Positions 11,422 to 20,344 of a DNA stretch of 32,000 bases are shown here, one piece after another. The position numbers and the translations under genes are program-made. The DNA is from Candidatus Saccharimonadota bacterium (GTDB lineage Bacteria > Bacillota_I > Bacilli_A > Mycoplasmatales > Hepatoplasmataceae). Location: positions 300,001-332,000 of the forward strand of contig AP027133.1 in NCBI GenBank assembly GCA_027925325.1, read 5' to 3'. How positions within the stretch are numbered: position 1 is the first letter of the stretch; each line of letters starts with the position of its first letter. The notes below the pieces were generated by a model. The model did not search any database. It was not told where the DNA came from and worked only from the letters and a program-made list of their open reading frames with translations.

Positions 11422-12154
11422 TATTAGTATTCTCGATAATTTTTTCTGTTTTTCGATTAGGATCAATTTTTAATTTATCTTCTTTTACTTTACTTTTTGT
11501 TTTCTCGTTTTGAATATTTTTATGATTAACTTCTCTTTTTATTGCTTTTTCTTTTTCTTCTTGCTTTAAAATTTTGATAATTTTTTTAAATTCATCATTT
11601 TCTATCTTTAAAGTTTTCTGTTTTGCTCTTAATTTTTTTAAAATACTTGTCGATCTTATGTATTTATTTTCAATTTTTAATTTATCTTCTTTTAAAAGGA
11701 TAAATTCTTCTTCTAATTTTTTACTTTTTTTGCAATTTGCTTCAATTTTTTTTGTTTTTTCTTTTAATTGCAATAGTTCTTCTTCTTGTAAATTTATTTT
11801 TTCTGCTTGTTTGTGTATTTTTTCTTTTGCTTTATTTATTTTTGTTTGCAAGAAAGATGATTCTAATAATTTTTGCTTATCAATAAAATTATTTTCTAAA
11901 AAATAAAAATAAATTAAACTAATAGCTTCTGTGATGTATTCTTTTATTTCTTGTTCATCTGCTAATAAATTTTCTAAATTTTCGATTTTTAGAAATTGAT
12001 GAATAAAACTTTCTACTCCATAAACAATAATTTTAAGATTGTGTTCTGGATTATTTTTAAAATTATTATTATTTGAGATAACTTTTAATAATTTTTTTAT
12101 TTTTTGAAGATGATACATTAAATCTTTATTATTTAATTTATCGTTTTTAACCAT
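11396..12154 (-). CDS. hypothetical K/E-rich coiled-coil protein
   Basis: ATG 12154 is preceded by AAGGAA; the track uses an upstream TTG at 12199. A ~110-aa helical N-domain is followed by a long heptad-like K/E region. The 3' end overlaps the nadE start by 26 nt. Confidence 0.5.
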   Translation of the reverse strand: MVKNDKLNNKDLMYHLQKIKKLLKVISNNNNFKNNPEHNLKIIVYGVESFIHQFLKIENLENLLADEQEIKEYITEAISLIYFYFLENNFIDKQKLLESSFLQTKINKAKEKIHKQAEKINLQEEELLQLKEKTKKIEANCKKSKKLEEEFILLKEDKLKIENKYIRSTSILKKLRAKQKTLKIENDEFKKIIKILKQEEKEKAIKREVNHKNIQNEKTKSKVKEDKLKIDPNRKTEKIIENTNNENKRNKN

Positions 12155-12221
12155 AATAATACTATTCCTTAGAAATTTATATAATAAAGATTTAGACAAT
12201 TAAATTGCCTAAATCTCTGTC

Positions 12222-13769
12222 TTATTTTTTCTTTTTATTTAAAATATCATTAATCTCATTTAATTCTTGTTGAATTGTTCTAATTATTTCATCTTCATCG
12301 TAATTACTATTATTATATTTTTCAATTATTCTCTTATTATTATTTTCTTTTTTTAAATAACCGCTTTCTTCTTTGATCCCATTCTCAATTTTACTTACTT
12401 TTCTTGCTAATTTTTCAATTTCATTTTCAACTGAAAGTAATATATTTTCAATTCGATCATTTTTCTTAACTTCGTGACTACCTAAATTATTTTCCTTTAT
12501 CTGGTATTTTTCTTTATATTTTTCTTCAATCTCTCTTTCCAGTTGCTGGCGTGCAATTTGCTCTGAATTTTGTCTTGCTAATTTTAAATTTTCTTCTTGT
12601 AATTTTTTTAAATTTTCAAACTCATGATCCAATGAATGTTTAAAATAATAATCATCACCATAATACTTTTCTCTTTGATTACGATTTTGTGGATAATAAT
12701 CCTCACGATAATTTTCTCTTTGATATCTTAAACGATTTAATTCAGCATTCTCTCTTTTTAAACGTTCCAATTCATCTTTTTCATGCATCATTTTTAGATA
12801 TCTTAAATAATTTTCTTCTTCATCTAATTTGTCATCATAAAAACGCCGACCTTTTTTAAGAACATTATCTTTTTCTTCTTTTAATTGTTCTAATTCTTTT
12901 TTGATAGATTCACGTTCATTTTTAAGGAAAAATATTAACTCACGTTCTTTTTTTAATTGTTCTAATTCTTCTTTTCTTGATTCTAAATTTTCTATATTAA
13001 CTTCTTTTGTCAATAAAGGCTCTTTATTTTCTTCAGAAAATTTAGCTAATGCTTGCTTTTCTGCTTGTTCTTTTGCAAAATCTAAACGTTTTTTTTCAAT
13101 ATCTAATTTTTCTTGTTCGATTTTTAATTTGGCTTGTTCCAATTTAAATTGTTCAGAATCTTCTTTAATTTCTTCACTCTTTTCTAAATTAGATTCATCA
13201 TTATTTATTTTTTCTATTTTTTCTTCTTTTACTATTTCACTAAGATTTTGATCATTTTCATAAGTTTTTTTTACAGGTAAAAATTCTTTATTAGTCGCAT
13301 CAGCGGTTTGATTAGTCTCATTTTTAACTTCTGATGATTCTTCTTTCATCTCTCTTAACATAATTAATTGTTCAAGTCGAGCTGTTGAATATTGCTCTGG
13401 ATTTTCAATACCCATTTTTTTCGCTTTTATAACAATTTGATCATCGCTTGCGGTATTCTCATCTTCTAATAAAGCTTCTTTTGCTTCTTGTTGCTCAATT
13501 TTTTGTCTTTCTAATTTTTGTTTTTCCTTTTTAGAAAGTTTTTTATTTTTACCGGTAAATTCTGGATTATCTTGATTTTTTATTATTTTTTTTCTTATTT
13601 TACGATTTTTATAAAAAATCACAAACAGCAAAATTAAAAATATTAAAAAAGTAGCAACTAAAATTATTAATGCTATTATTAACGCCATATTATTTTCTCA
13701 TAGCGTATTTCAATCAGCACCAACTTGTGATTGCATTAAATTTTTCAGTTTTGCTATATTTAAATTCAT
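12222..13769 (-). CDS. membrane-anchored (single N-proximal TM) E/K-rich coiled-coil protein
   Basis: The track ORF starts at ATG 13688 (MALIIALIILVATFLIFLILLFVIFY...). Under code 4 the frame stays open 27 codons further to ATG 13769 (MNLNIAKLKNLMQSQVGADWNTLWENN...). Either start is possible. The remaining ~450 aa are charged coiled coil. Confidence 0.6.
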
Positions 13770-13830
13770 AATGTATTATTATATCACGTTATTATTTTAT
13801 TAAAATAACTTTCTTCTCTAATAAAAATAT

Positions 13831-13860
13831 AAAAAGTTAATATAATTATATTAACTTTTT
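13831..13860 (-). terminator. candidate (weak, nearly AT-only) hairpin terminator after ftsZ
   Basis: A perfect 30-nt palindrome AAAAAGTTAATATAATTATATTAACTTTTT starts 14 nt downstream of the ftsZ stop. It is followed on the minus strand by a U-rich run. Confidence 0.35.
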
Positions 13861-13873
13861 ATTCTTTTTAAAA

Positions 13874-14932
13874 TTAACTTGCAAAATATTTTTCTTCGAT
13901 ATCTTTTACATCATCTGTAAGAACTATTTTATCCATTCCGGTTAAAATAAGAGAAATTTTAACATTATCTTCTAAAGCTGGATTATTTGTTACTCCAAAA
14001 ATAATATCCAAATCATGACTTACTTCTGATAAGATTTTATTTACAATAAATCTTACATATTCCATTTTTAAAATGTTTGGTGAACCAGAAATACTCAATA
14101 ATGCTTTTGTTGCTGTTTTAACATCAGAAGGAATAAAAGTAAGATCAAATAAATTAGAAATTGCTTTTTCAAATTTTTCTTTATTATTATCTAGACCGCT
14201 TCCATCAATTCCTTTTGCAAAGGCAATATTTATAAATCCGCCACCTGAATCTTTTATAACTTTACGAATATCAGCAAGGTCAAGATTAATTAAAGCATCC
14301 TCAAGTAATAAATTTAAAATAGTAATAATTCCATCACCTAAATATTTATCTGCTTTTGCAAATGTATGTTCAACAGTATCAGAAGAATGCTTCTTAAATA
14401 AATCATTATTATTAATAACAATTGAAAGATCGGCATATTTTTCCATTGTTTTTAAACCTGTTAAAGCATTATCCATTCTTTCTTTTCCTTCAAAAAGAAA
14501 AGGTAATGTTGAAACACCAATTGTTAAAATTCCCATATTCTTTGCAAGTCTTGCAATGTAGGGACCTGCTCCTGTTCCTGAACCTCCGCCCATTCCAGTT
14601 GCAATAAAAACAAGTCTTTTATCAGATAATCATTTTTCGATTCATTCACGATCTTCGGCAGCAGCTTTTCATCCAATATCAGGATTTGAACCTGCTCCCA
14701 AACCTCTTGTTAAACGACGTCCTATTAATTTACGTTCAAAAAATTTTGAATTATCTTTTTTTACTCCTTTTCTTTGCTTTTCCAATGCTTGAATATCTGT
14801 ATTTATTGCCAAGAAACTACAGTCAAAAGGTACAAATTTATGCGCATTATTAGCAATGGCATTTGTACCACCACCACCAGCACCAATAATTCCTATCTTT
14901 ATTTTTCTAATTGGTTTTTTACTTTCAGCCAT
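13874..14932 (-). CDS. ftsZ: cell division protein FtsZ (short, 352 aa)
   Basis: Motifs seen are GIIGAGGGGTNAI, GLGAGSNPDIG and ATGMGGGSGTGAGPYIA (tubulin signature). Fragments 13874..14593 and 14669..14932 share a frame and are joined through TGA codons. Confidence 0.9.
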
Positions 14933-15020
14933 AAAATTTATTTTCCTTTAATTTATAACTCTAAAACAAAGAGTTTTTTAACTTTTAAAATTACTATTAA
15001 TCTTAATTAATACAAGAAGT

Positions 15021-15029
15021 ATTATACCA
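15021..15029 (-). promoter_or_regulatory. candidate extended -10 promoter element for ftsZ
   Basis: The minus-strand sequence reads TGGTATAAT (TGnTATAAT) about 90 nt upstream of the ftsZ ATG, in the only sizeable gap upstream. Confidence 0.35.
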
Positions 15030-15101
15030 AATAAATAAAATATCCTATTTTTTTGTATTCTATTTATTTACCAATAAATAAATAATAAAATGATATTTTT
15101 C

Positions 15102-16946
15102 TTATGATAATGTTACAAGAACAGGGATGACAAGAATAAGCGTTAATATCAGTAAAATCGAAACATAAGGATAAACTGATTTTAAATATTCTTTATATGA
15201 AACATTTGCCGCATCAAGAGAAGTAAGGACAACGGCTTGTGTTGGTGTGATCATATTTGCGATTCCTTCTGCAATTACAAACATTAATACCGTTCCCCCA
15301 AGAATTTGAATTGTGTTTGGATCAATATTATTACCGCTAGTAATATTAAAAGATTCAGCGATGATCGGAAATCAAAGAACGGCTAGTGAACTTGTCGATG
15401 GAATAATCATTGAAAAGGCTAAAAAGATTGCAAACATCGTAAAGTAGTAAAGATAAAGATTATTTTGTCCAGGAATCGTATCCGGATTGATAAAGGCATA
15501 AATAAGTCCAGAATAAATAATTACAATTGAAACAGCACGGGCAATCGCAATAATCGTAACAAGACCGATCATTCCTTTCATTCCATCAAATAAATATTTT
15601 GATCAATCTTTTACTTTTAATCTATTGATAATAATTAATATAAAAATCCCAAAGAAAAATAATCCTGAAGTTTCATAAAATCCTCATAAACCAAATGGCG
15701 TAATAATTGTAGAAAAAATGAAAAAGTAATTTTGGAAAAAGCTATTTCAATTATTGATATAAGTTTCTTCATCTAGACCTAAAAGATCAACTCAAGGAAT
15801 AAAACCAATAATCATAATTAAAATGATTACAAAAAAAGTAATTATAGAATAAAGCTGCTTATGACTCATTTTTTTATAATTTTTTAAATCAGTCGTTAAA
15901 TTTTTTGTAAGTTCTTGTTGCTGTTTATTTTCAATATCTAAAATTGTTTCTTCTGGTTTTTGTCTTGTTTTAAAAGCAAAAGTAGTGACAAAAACAGTTC
16001 CAATTGCTGTAATAATAAATCAAAAAATAAGACGGAATAAAAATAAAACTCCTGATGATATTCCAACTGCTTCGGAAGCTATTCCGGTTGCAAAAGGATT
16101 AATCACTGATGCGACCATTCCGGTTGTATTACCAACCATCATTGTCATAACAGCAACAACCGGTTTAAAGCCGATCATCACCATTAATGGAGTTACGATT
16201 GAATAATAAGCAAGTGTTTCTTCTTGCATTCCTCAAATCGTTCCAAAAGCAGAAAAGGAAATAAATAAAATTGGAACAATATAAAGTTGTTTTGATTTTA
16301 ATTTGTAAAGTAAAGAACCGATCAAAGCATCAAAAGTTTTAGTTTGAATTATGATCTCAATAAATGCCCCTAAAGAAAATAAATAGATAATAATTGGAAA
16401 AGCTTGAAAAAATCCAGCTGTGATTAACAGGAAAATATCAAAAAGACCGTAAAATCCATCTTTAGGAGCGATTGCAGAAAAATTATCACTATCAGCAATA
16501 ATTTGATCTAATTGCGCCTGATAACCATTATCAATTAGAAATTGATTTATATTGAAATCAGGTGGAAGATATCCACTTTTGATTAGCATATCAACAAAAG
16601 CAGATAAGTTATCTTGACTAATAAAATAATTTTGGAAAACGTAGATATTCTCTTCTTGATATTCCCATCAAGAATCATGTGGAATAACTCAAGTCAAGAA
16701 AATAAAAAATGATAATAAACCGATTACAATCATAATTGAGTGTAAGGTAAATTTTCGTTTTTTCTTTTCTTTTTTATTTTTTTCGTCCAGAGATATGATT
16801 TGATTTTCAGATTTATTTTTATCTGTAAGAATTTTATTATTAGTATTAATTTGTGAGTCTATTTCTTCTAATTCGTTCTTTTTGGAGATTAAAAAAGAAC
16901 TATCTGAAAATAAATTATTATCGTCAGAAAAAGAATTTTCTTGCAT
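15102..16946 (-). CDS. YfcC/DcuC-family membrane transporter (putative basic amino acid or C4-dicarboxylate-type carrier) with a hydrophilic N-terminal extension
   Basis: Five track fragments (15102, 15372, 16020, 16233, 16689) all share one frame, and the gaps contain only TGA, giving 614 aa. Blocks such as ...FGTIWGMQEETLAYYSIVTPLMVMIGF...NPFATGIASEAVGISSG... and ...PSTSSLAVLWFPIIAESF...MITPTQAVVLTSL... align by eye with E. coli YfcC. Confidence 0.8.
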
Positions 16947-16984
16947 TTCTATTCTAAAGGAAGATGAAAAAATTTAAATTTATT

Positions 16985-17296
16985 CTATCCTTTTTTCTCG
17001 CCGTTATCCGTTATCGGATTGACATTAACAGTTAATTTATTATTTTTATGAACATATTTGACTATTCCATTTATAGTTGCAAATAATGTATCATCTTTGC
17101 CTTTTTTAACATTTAAACCTGGATGAACTTTTGTTCCGCGTTGACGATAAATAATCGCCCCACTTTTAGCAAACTGTCCATCAGAAAGTTTTTGTCCCAA
17201 TCTTTTGCTGTGAGAATCTCTTCCATTTTTGGAAGAACTTCCCCCTTTTTTATGAGCAAAAAATTGTAAATCTAGTTTGTATTTTAATCCTAGCAT
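16985..17296 (-). CDS. rpmA: 50S ribosomal protein L27 with cleavable N-terminal pro-peptide
   Basis: The sequence [34 protein letters not shown]... carries the Firmicute-type Prp cleavage motif (FFA|xKKG). Confidence 0.95.
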   Translation of the reverse strand: MLGLKYKLDLQFFAHKKGGSSSKNGRDSHSKRLGQKLSDGQFAKSGAIIYRQRGTKVHPGLNVKKGKDDTLFATINGIVKYVHKNNKLTVNVNPITDNGEKKG

Positions 17297-17302
17297 TTTT
17301 AT

Positions 17303-17620
17303 CTACCTCTCAATTTTTATTTTAAAATTATTATTTTGTTCTTTCAGCATACTAAGAGAATAATATAATCCTTTTAGTAAAATTTGGTTTTGTTTTGTTA
17401 TTTTTAAAATATTTATATTAATTAAATTATCTTTTATTAAAATTTTATGATTATTTTGATCTAATTTATCTAAACTGTTAATGTTTCCAAATACTATCGC
17501 AGAACATCCGGCGCAAGCAAGACTATTATTTAAATCATCTCGATCACAATCTGCATGTCCGCTTATATTAAAACTAATAAACTCTTTATTTTTATTTTCT
17601 TTAAATTCTATAAAAATCAT
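17303..17620 (-). CDS. prp: ribosomal-processing cysteine protease Prp (YsxB family)
   Basis: It lies between rplU and rpmA. It has ...ISFNISGHAD...ACAGCSAIVFG... (His/Cys dyad). Confidence 0.85.
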   Translation of the reverse strand: MIFIEFKENKNKEFISFNISGHADCDRDDLNNSLACAGCSAIVFGNINSLDKLDQNNHKILIKDNLININILKITKQNQILLKGLYYSLSMLKEQNNNFKIKIER

Positions 17621-17621
17621 C

Positions 17622-18099
17622 TTATTTTTGTTTATTATCTATCTCGTTGACTGAAACTTGCTTTAATTCATCTTCTTTTTTTAAATTACTAATTTGCTTG
17701 ATTTTATTATCTTGATCAGAACTTTTAATTTGCTTAATTTGTTCTTTTTTTTCTTCTTCAATATATTTATCAATTATTTTATCTTTATAAATAATTTCTT
17801 CCACTAAAAGTCTTGTATAAGGTTGTCGATGTCCCTGCTTTTTCTTTCAATTTGACTTTTGCTTTGTTCGAAAAATAATAAGCTTTTTATTCTTGCCTTG
17901 CTTTTGTACCCTAGCCTTAATTTTGGCATCAATTTTAGGAGTACCAGCGATCAAATTATCTCCATCGTAAATTGCAAGTACATCTGTAAAAAAATATTCA
18001 TTACCGACTTCTGCATTTAATTTTTCAACTCAAATTGCTGAACCGACATTTACTTTAATCTGCTTGCCGCCGGTTTTTATGATTGCGTATTTTAACACT
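17622..18099 (-). CDS. rplU: 50S ribosomal protein L21, interrupted by an apparent +1 frame break and carrying a ~55-aa K/E-rich C-terminal extension
   Basis: GTG 18099 follows GGAGGAAG (18103-18110). Frame A gives MLKYAIIKTGGKQD then TAA (18055-18057). The rest of L21 (KVNVGSAIWVEKL...KKKQGHRQPYTRLLVEE...) lies in the +1 frame down to TAA 17622-17624. The length of 478 nt is not a multiple of 3. Confidence 0.85.
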
Positions 18100-18200
18100 T
18101 TCTTCCTCCAAAGACTCACCCTTTTTGGTAGTTTAAACTTTTAAAACCTCAAGGAGTGGTTGTTGTATTATTTTAAATTAAAAGTAATTTAAAATTTCTT
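18100..18200 (-). promoter_or_regulatory. candidate structured 5' leader of the rplU-prp-rpmA operon (L21-leader-like)
   Basis: A local G+C-rich patch sits in an otherwise AT-only spacer. The minus strand reads ...ACAACAACCACUCCUUGAGGUUUUAAAAGUUUAAACUACCAAAAAGGGUGAGUCUUUGGAGGAAGAAAGUG, with CUCC complementary to the SD. Firmicutes carry an L21 leader at this position. The structure was not verified. Confidence 0.3.
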
Positions 18201-18272
18201 TAATAAATTTATTAAACTAATTAAATTTTATCTTAATTTATGCTGTTACAATAATAATTTTGCTATTTTAAA

Positions 18273-18749
18273 TTAGTTTTTGATTGAAACAATCTTAATT
18301 TCATAATTGTTAACCGGTGTGATAACCATAACCATATCACCTTTTTTATGATTTAATAGTGATCTTGCAAAAGGAGAATCATTTCCAATTTGTGGAATAT
18401 TTAAAAGAGGATTGGCTTCAATTGAACCAACAATTTGCACTTTTCTAATATTTTTCTCCCCTTTTTTATGGTATTCGATAATTGAGCCTAATTGAACATA
18501 ATCATTTTTTTTGATATCAACGATTTTTGCTTTTGATAAGACATTTTCTAATTCAAAAATTTCAGCTTCAATTTTTGCTTGTTTATCCTTTGCAGTATCA
18601 TAATCTGCATTTTCACTCAAATCACCTTGTTCGCGTGCAGCACTTAATTCTTTTAAAATTTGTGGACGAATTATACTGACCAATTCTTTAAGACGATTCT
18701 TTTTATCTTCGTATCCAGTTCTAGTTAATAAGATTTTTTCACCTGTCAT
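18273..18749 (-). CDS. greA: transcription elongation factor GreA
   Basis: MTGEKILLTRTGYEDKKNRLKEL...GDLSENADYDTAKDKQA... is a canonical GreA. A start at ATG 18749 gives 158 aa and aligns with Bacillus GreA. In-frame alternatives exist at 18788 (ATG) and 18842. Confidence 0.9.
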   Translation of the reverse strand: MTGEKILLTRTGYEDKKNRLKELVSIIRPQILKELSAAREQGDLSENADYDTAKDKQAKIEAEIFELENVLSKAKIVDIKKNDYVQLGSIIEYHKKGEKNIRKVQIVGSIEANPLLNIPQIGNDSPFARSLLNHKKGDMVMVITPVNNYEIKIVSIKN

Positions 18750-18882
18750 ATCTTTTCCGATATTTAAATCTTCTCTTTTTTTATTCATTATTTTCCCTAT
18801 TAATATTTGTTTAATTAAATTAGTCCAAAAAAAAATTAACATATAAATAATATCATTATTTAAAATATAAAAATTATTTAAT

Positions 18883-19554
18883 TTAATTATTATCCTTTAT
18901 CAAATCAAAAATCTGCTTTGCTTTTTTATTTATATTAATTTTACTATCAATATTATTTAAAATTACATAATCTGCTTGTTTGCGATTTTTTTCAATATAT
19001 TTTTTAAACATTGGATATATCTGTTTTTCTCAACGATTAATAAAATTTTCACAATTAAATGAATGATTATGATGATGATAATTATAATCTCTTTTATATC
19101 TTCTAATTAAACGTAAATCACCGTCAGCTTCAATATAAATCTTCTTAAAGGCATTATTTAGTAATTTTTGATTGAAAAAGGCAAATATTCCTTCAATAAT
19201 AATATATTCTGCTGGTTTAACTTTAAATGTTTTGCTAAGATCATAGTTACATGTTTTAAAGTTATAAATTTTTCGTTCAACAATCAAACCAGAAAAAACT
19301 TTATTTAGATCATCATTAAAATCTTTCCAATTAATTGTATTTGGATCATCAAAATTAACTTTTGTAAGATCATTAATTTTGAAAATATTTTTTATCTCTT
19401 TCTCATCATAATAATAATTATCGATACTAAAAAAAGAAGCATCAATTTTGTTTTTTTGAAAAATTTCAGAAAGATCTTTTGAGATCGCACTTTTGCCCGA
19501 TGCTGTCCCACCTGATATTAAAATAATTTTACTTTTTTGTTTCATTTTCAACAT
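18883..19554 (-). CDS. udk: uridine kinase
   Basis: It has the P-loop ILISGGTASGKSAI and ...IIIEGIFAF...IYIEADGDLRLIRRYKRD... Fragment 19030..19554 reads through TGA to TAA 18883-18885. An alternative ATG lies at 19545. Confidence 0.85.
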
Positions 19555-19924
19555 TTTGCAATTCTTCTAATAATAATTTAATAAGTTGATCTTTTGGTAA
19601 CGTTTGATCATAATCAATTTGTAAATCTATTAATGCTTTTTTTAAATCATCCAAAGCCATTAGATTAAAATAATCAAAATAATCATTCTCACTTTTAAAA
19701 TCATCAATTTGTAAATTTTTCTCTGTATTTATAATACTATTTTTATTTTGTTCTTGATTATTTTTTTCAATTTGGATTGAATCATTTTTATTTTGTGTAT
19801 TTTGTCTTTTTATACTATATTTTTTTTTAACTAAATATAATCTAATATTTACAATCACCAATACTAAAATAGCTAAAATAGAAACTATTATTAATGATAA
19901 AACAAGTGCATCCGCTGTATCCAT
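19529..19924 (-). CDS. small N-terminally membrane-anchored protein with a C-terminal helix-extended-helix (Rho_N/SAP-like) motif
   Basis: This is a contiguous 131-aa ORF. It has a TM segment ALVLSLIIVSILAILVLVIVNI, an N/Q-rich linker, then ...LDDLKKALIDLQIDYDQTLPKDQLIKLLLEEL. Confidence 0.6.
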   Translation of the reverse strand: MDTADALVLSLIIVSILAILVLVIVNIRLYLVKKKYSIKRQNTQNKNDSIQIEKNNQEQNKNSIINTEKNLQIDDFKSENDYFDYFNLMALDDLKKALIDLQIDYDQTLPKDQLIKLLLEELQNVENETKK

Positions 19925-19932
19925 CTTAATAA

Positions 19933-20343
19933 TTAAACTTTCCCTAAATAATCAGTTAACATAAGACAGGCCGCAAAAAGATCTTTATTTGCCTTAAAAT
20001 CAACTTTATTTTCTTTAATATATTCTCCTGCTCGTTTAGTTGTAAATCTTTCATCAAAGAGAATAATTTTTATTTTATTGTTTTTTTTCTGGAAAATTTC
20101 AAGAAAATTATCAACATTAATTGTTGCCTGACTTTTTTTATTATCTGTTCTTTTTGGATAACCGATAATAATCGTATCAATATCATCATGTTTTTGCAAA
20201 AGATTTAAAATAATTTTTGTTGCTTCTAAAAAATCAAATCTTTTAAAAAAATAATTTTCAATCGGAATCGCAATAATATTATTTTTATCACTTATACAAA
20301 CCCCAAGACTTTTTTCTCCAAGATCAATTGCTAATTTTCTCAT
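19933..20343 (-). CDS. ruvX: YqgF/RuvX putative pre-16S rRNA nuclease (Holliday junction resolvase-like)
   Basis: It has MRKLAIDLGEKSLGVCISD...IIIGYPKRTDNKKSQ...DERFTTKRA... The ATG lies 1 nt after the alaS TAG. Confidence 0.85.
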   Translation of the reverse strand: MRKLAIDLGEKSLGVCISDKNNIIAIPIENYFFKRFDFLEATKIILNLLQKHDDIDTIIIGYPKRTDNKKSQATINVDNFLEIFQKKNNKIKIILFDERFTTKRAGEYIKENKVDFKANKDLFAACLMLTDYLGKV

Positions 20344-20344
20344 C

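Noticed and set aside
11574-11906. Long + strand ORFs opposite the coiled-coil genes (11574..11906 and 12901..13251), rich in S/F/L/C.
   Set aside because: These are shadow ORFs. They are the antisense of A-rich Lys/Glu codons, are low-complexity, have no start context, and are fully contained in better-supported minus-strand genes.
12222-13769. Whether the E/K-rich region hides a DNA-level tandem repeat or contingency locus.
   Set aside because: No fixed nucleotide period or long homopolymer tract was found. The bias is compositional (GAA/AAA codons), consistent with a coiled coil.
15061-15084. A perfect AT-only hairpin TATTTATTTA-CCAA-TAAATAAATA downstream of the transporter gene, considered as a terminator.
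   Set aside because: The stem has no G:C pairs and is not followed by a U-tract on the minus strand. Palindromes like this are expected by chance at this base composition.
14073-16206. Antisense ORFs 14073..14561, 14422..14607, 14774..15010 and 15985..16206 (+).
   Set aside because: They lie entirely inside ftsZ and the YfcC-family gene, whose products show clear family motifs. No motifs or RBS are visible for the antisense ORFs.
8371-19554. Three gene overlaps that are each exactly 26 nt long (8371-8396 ATPase/holA, 11396-11421 coiled-coil/nadE, 19529-19554 TM protein/udk).
   Set aside because: The geometries differ (one convergent, two co-directional) and the sequences differ. The udk overlap shrinks to 17 nt with the alternative ATG. 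I treat this as coincidence.
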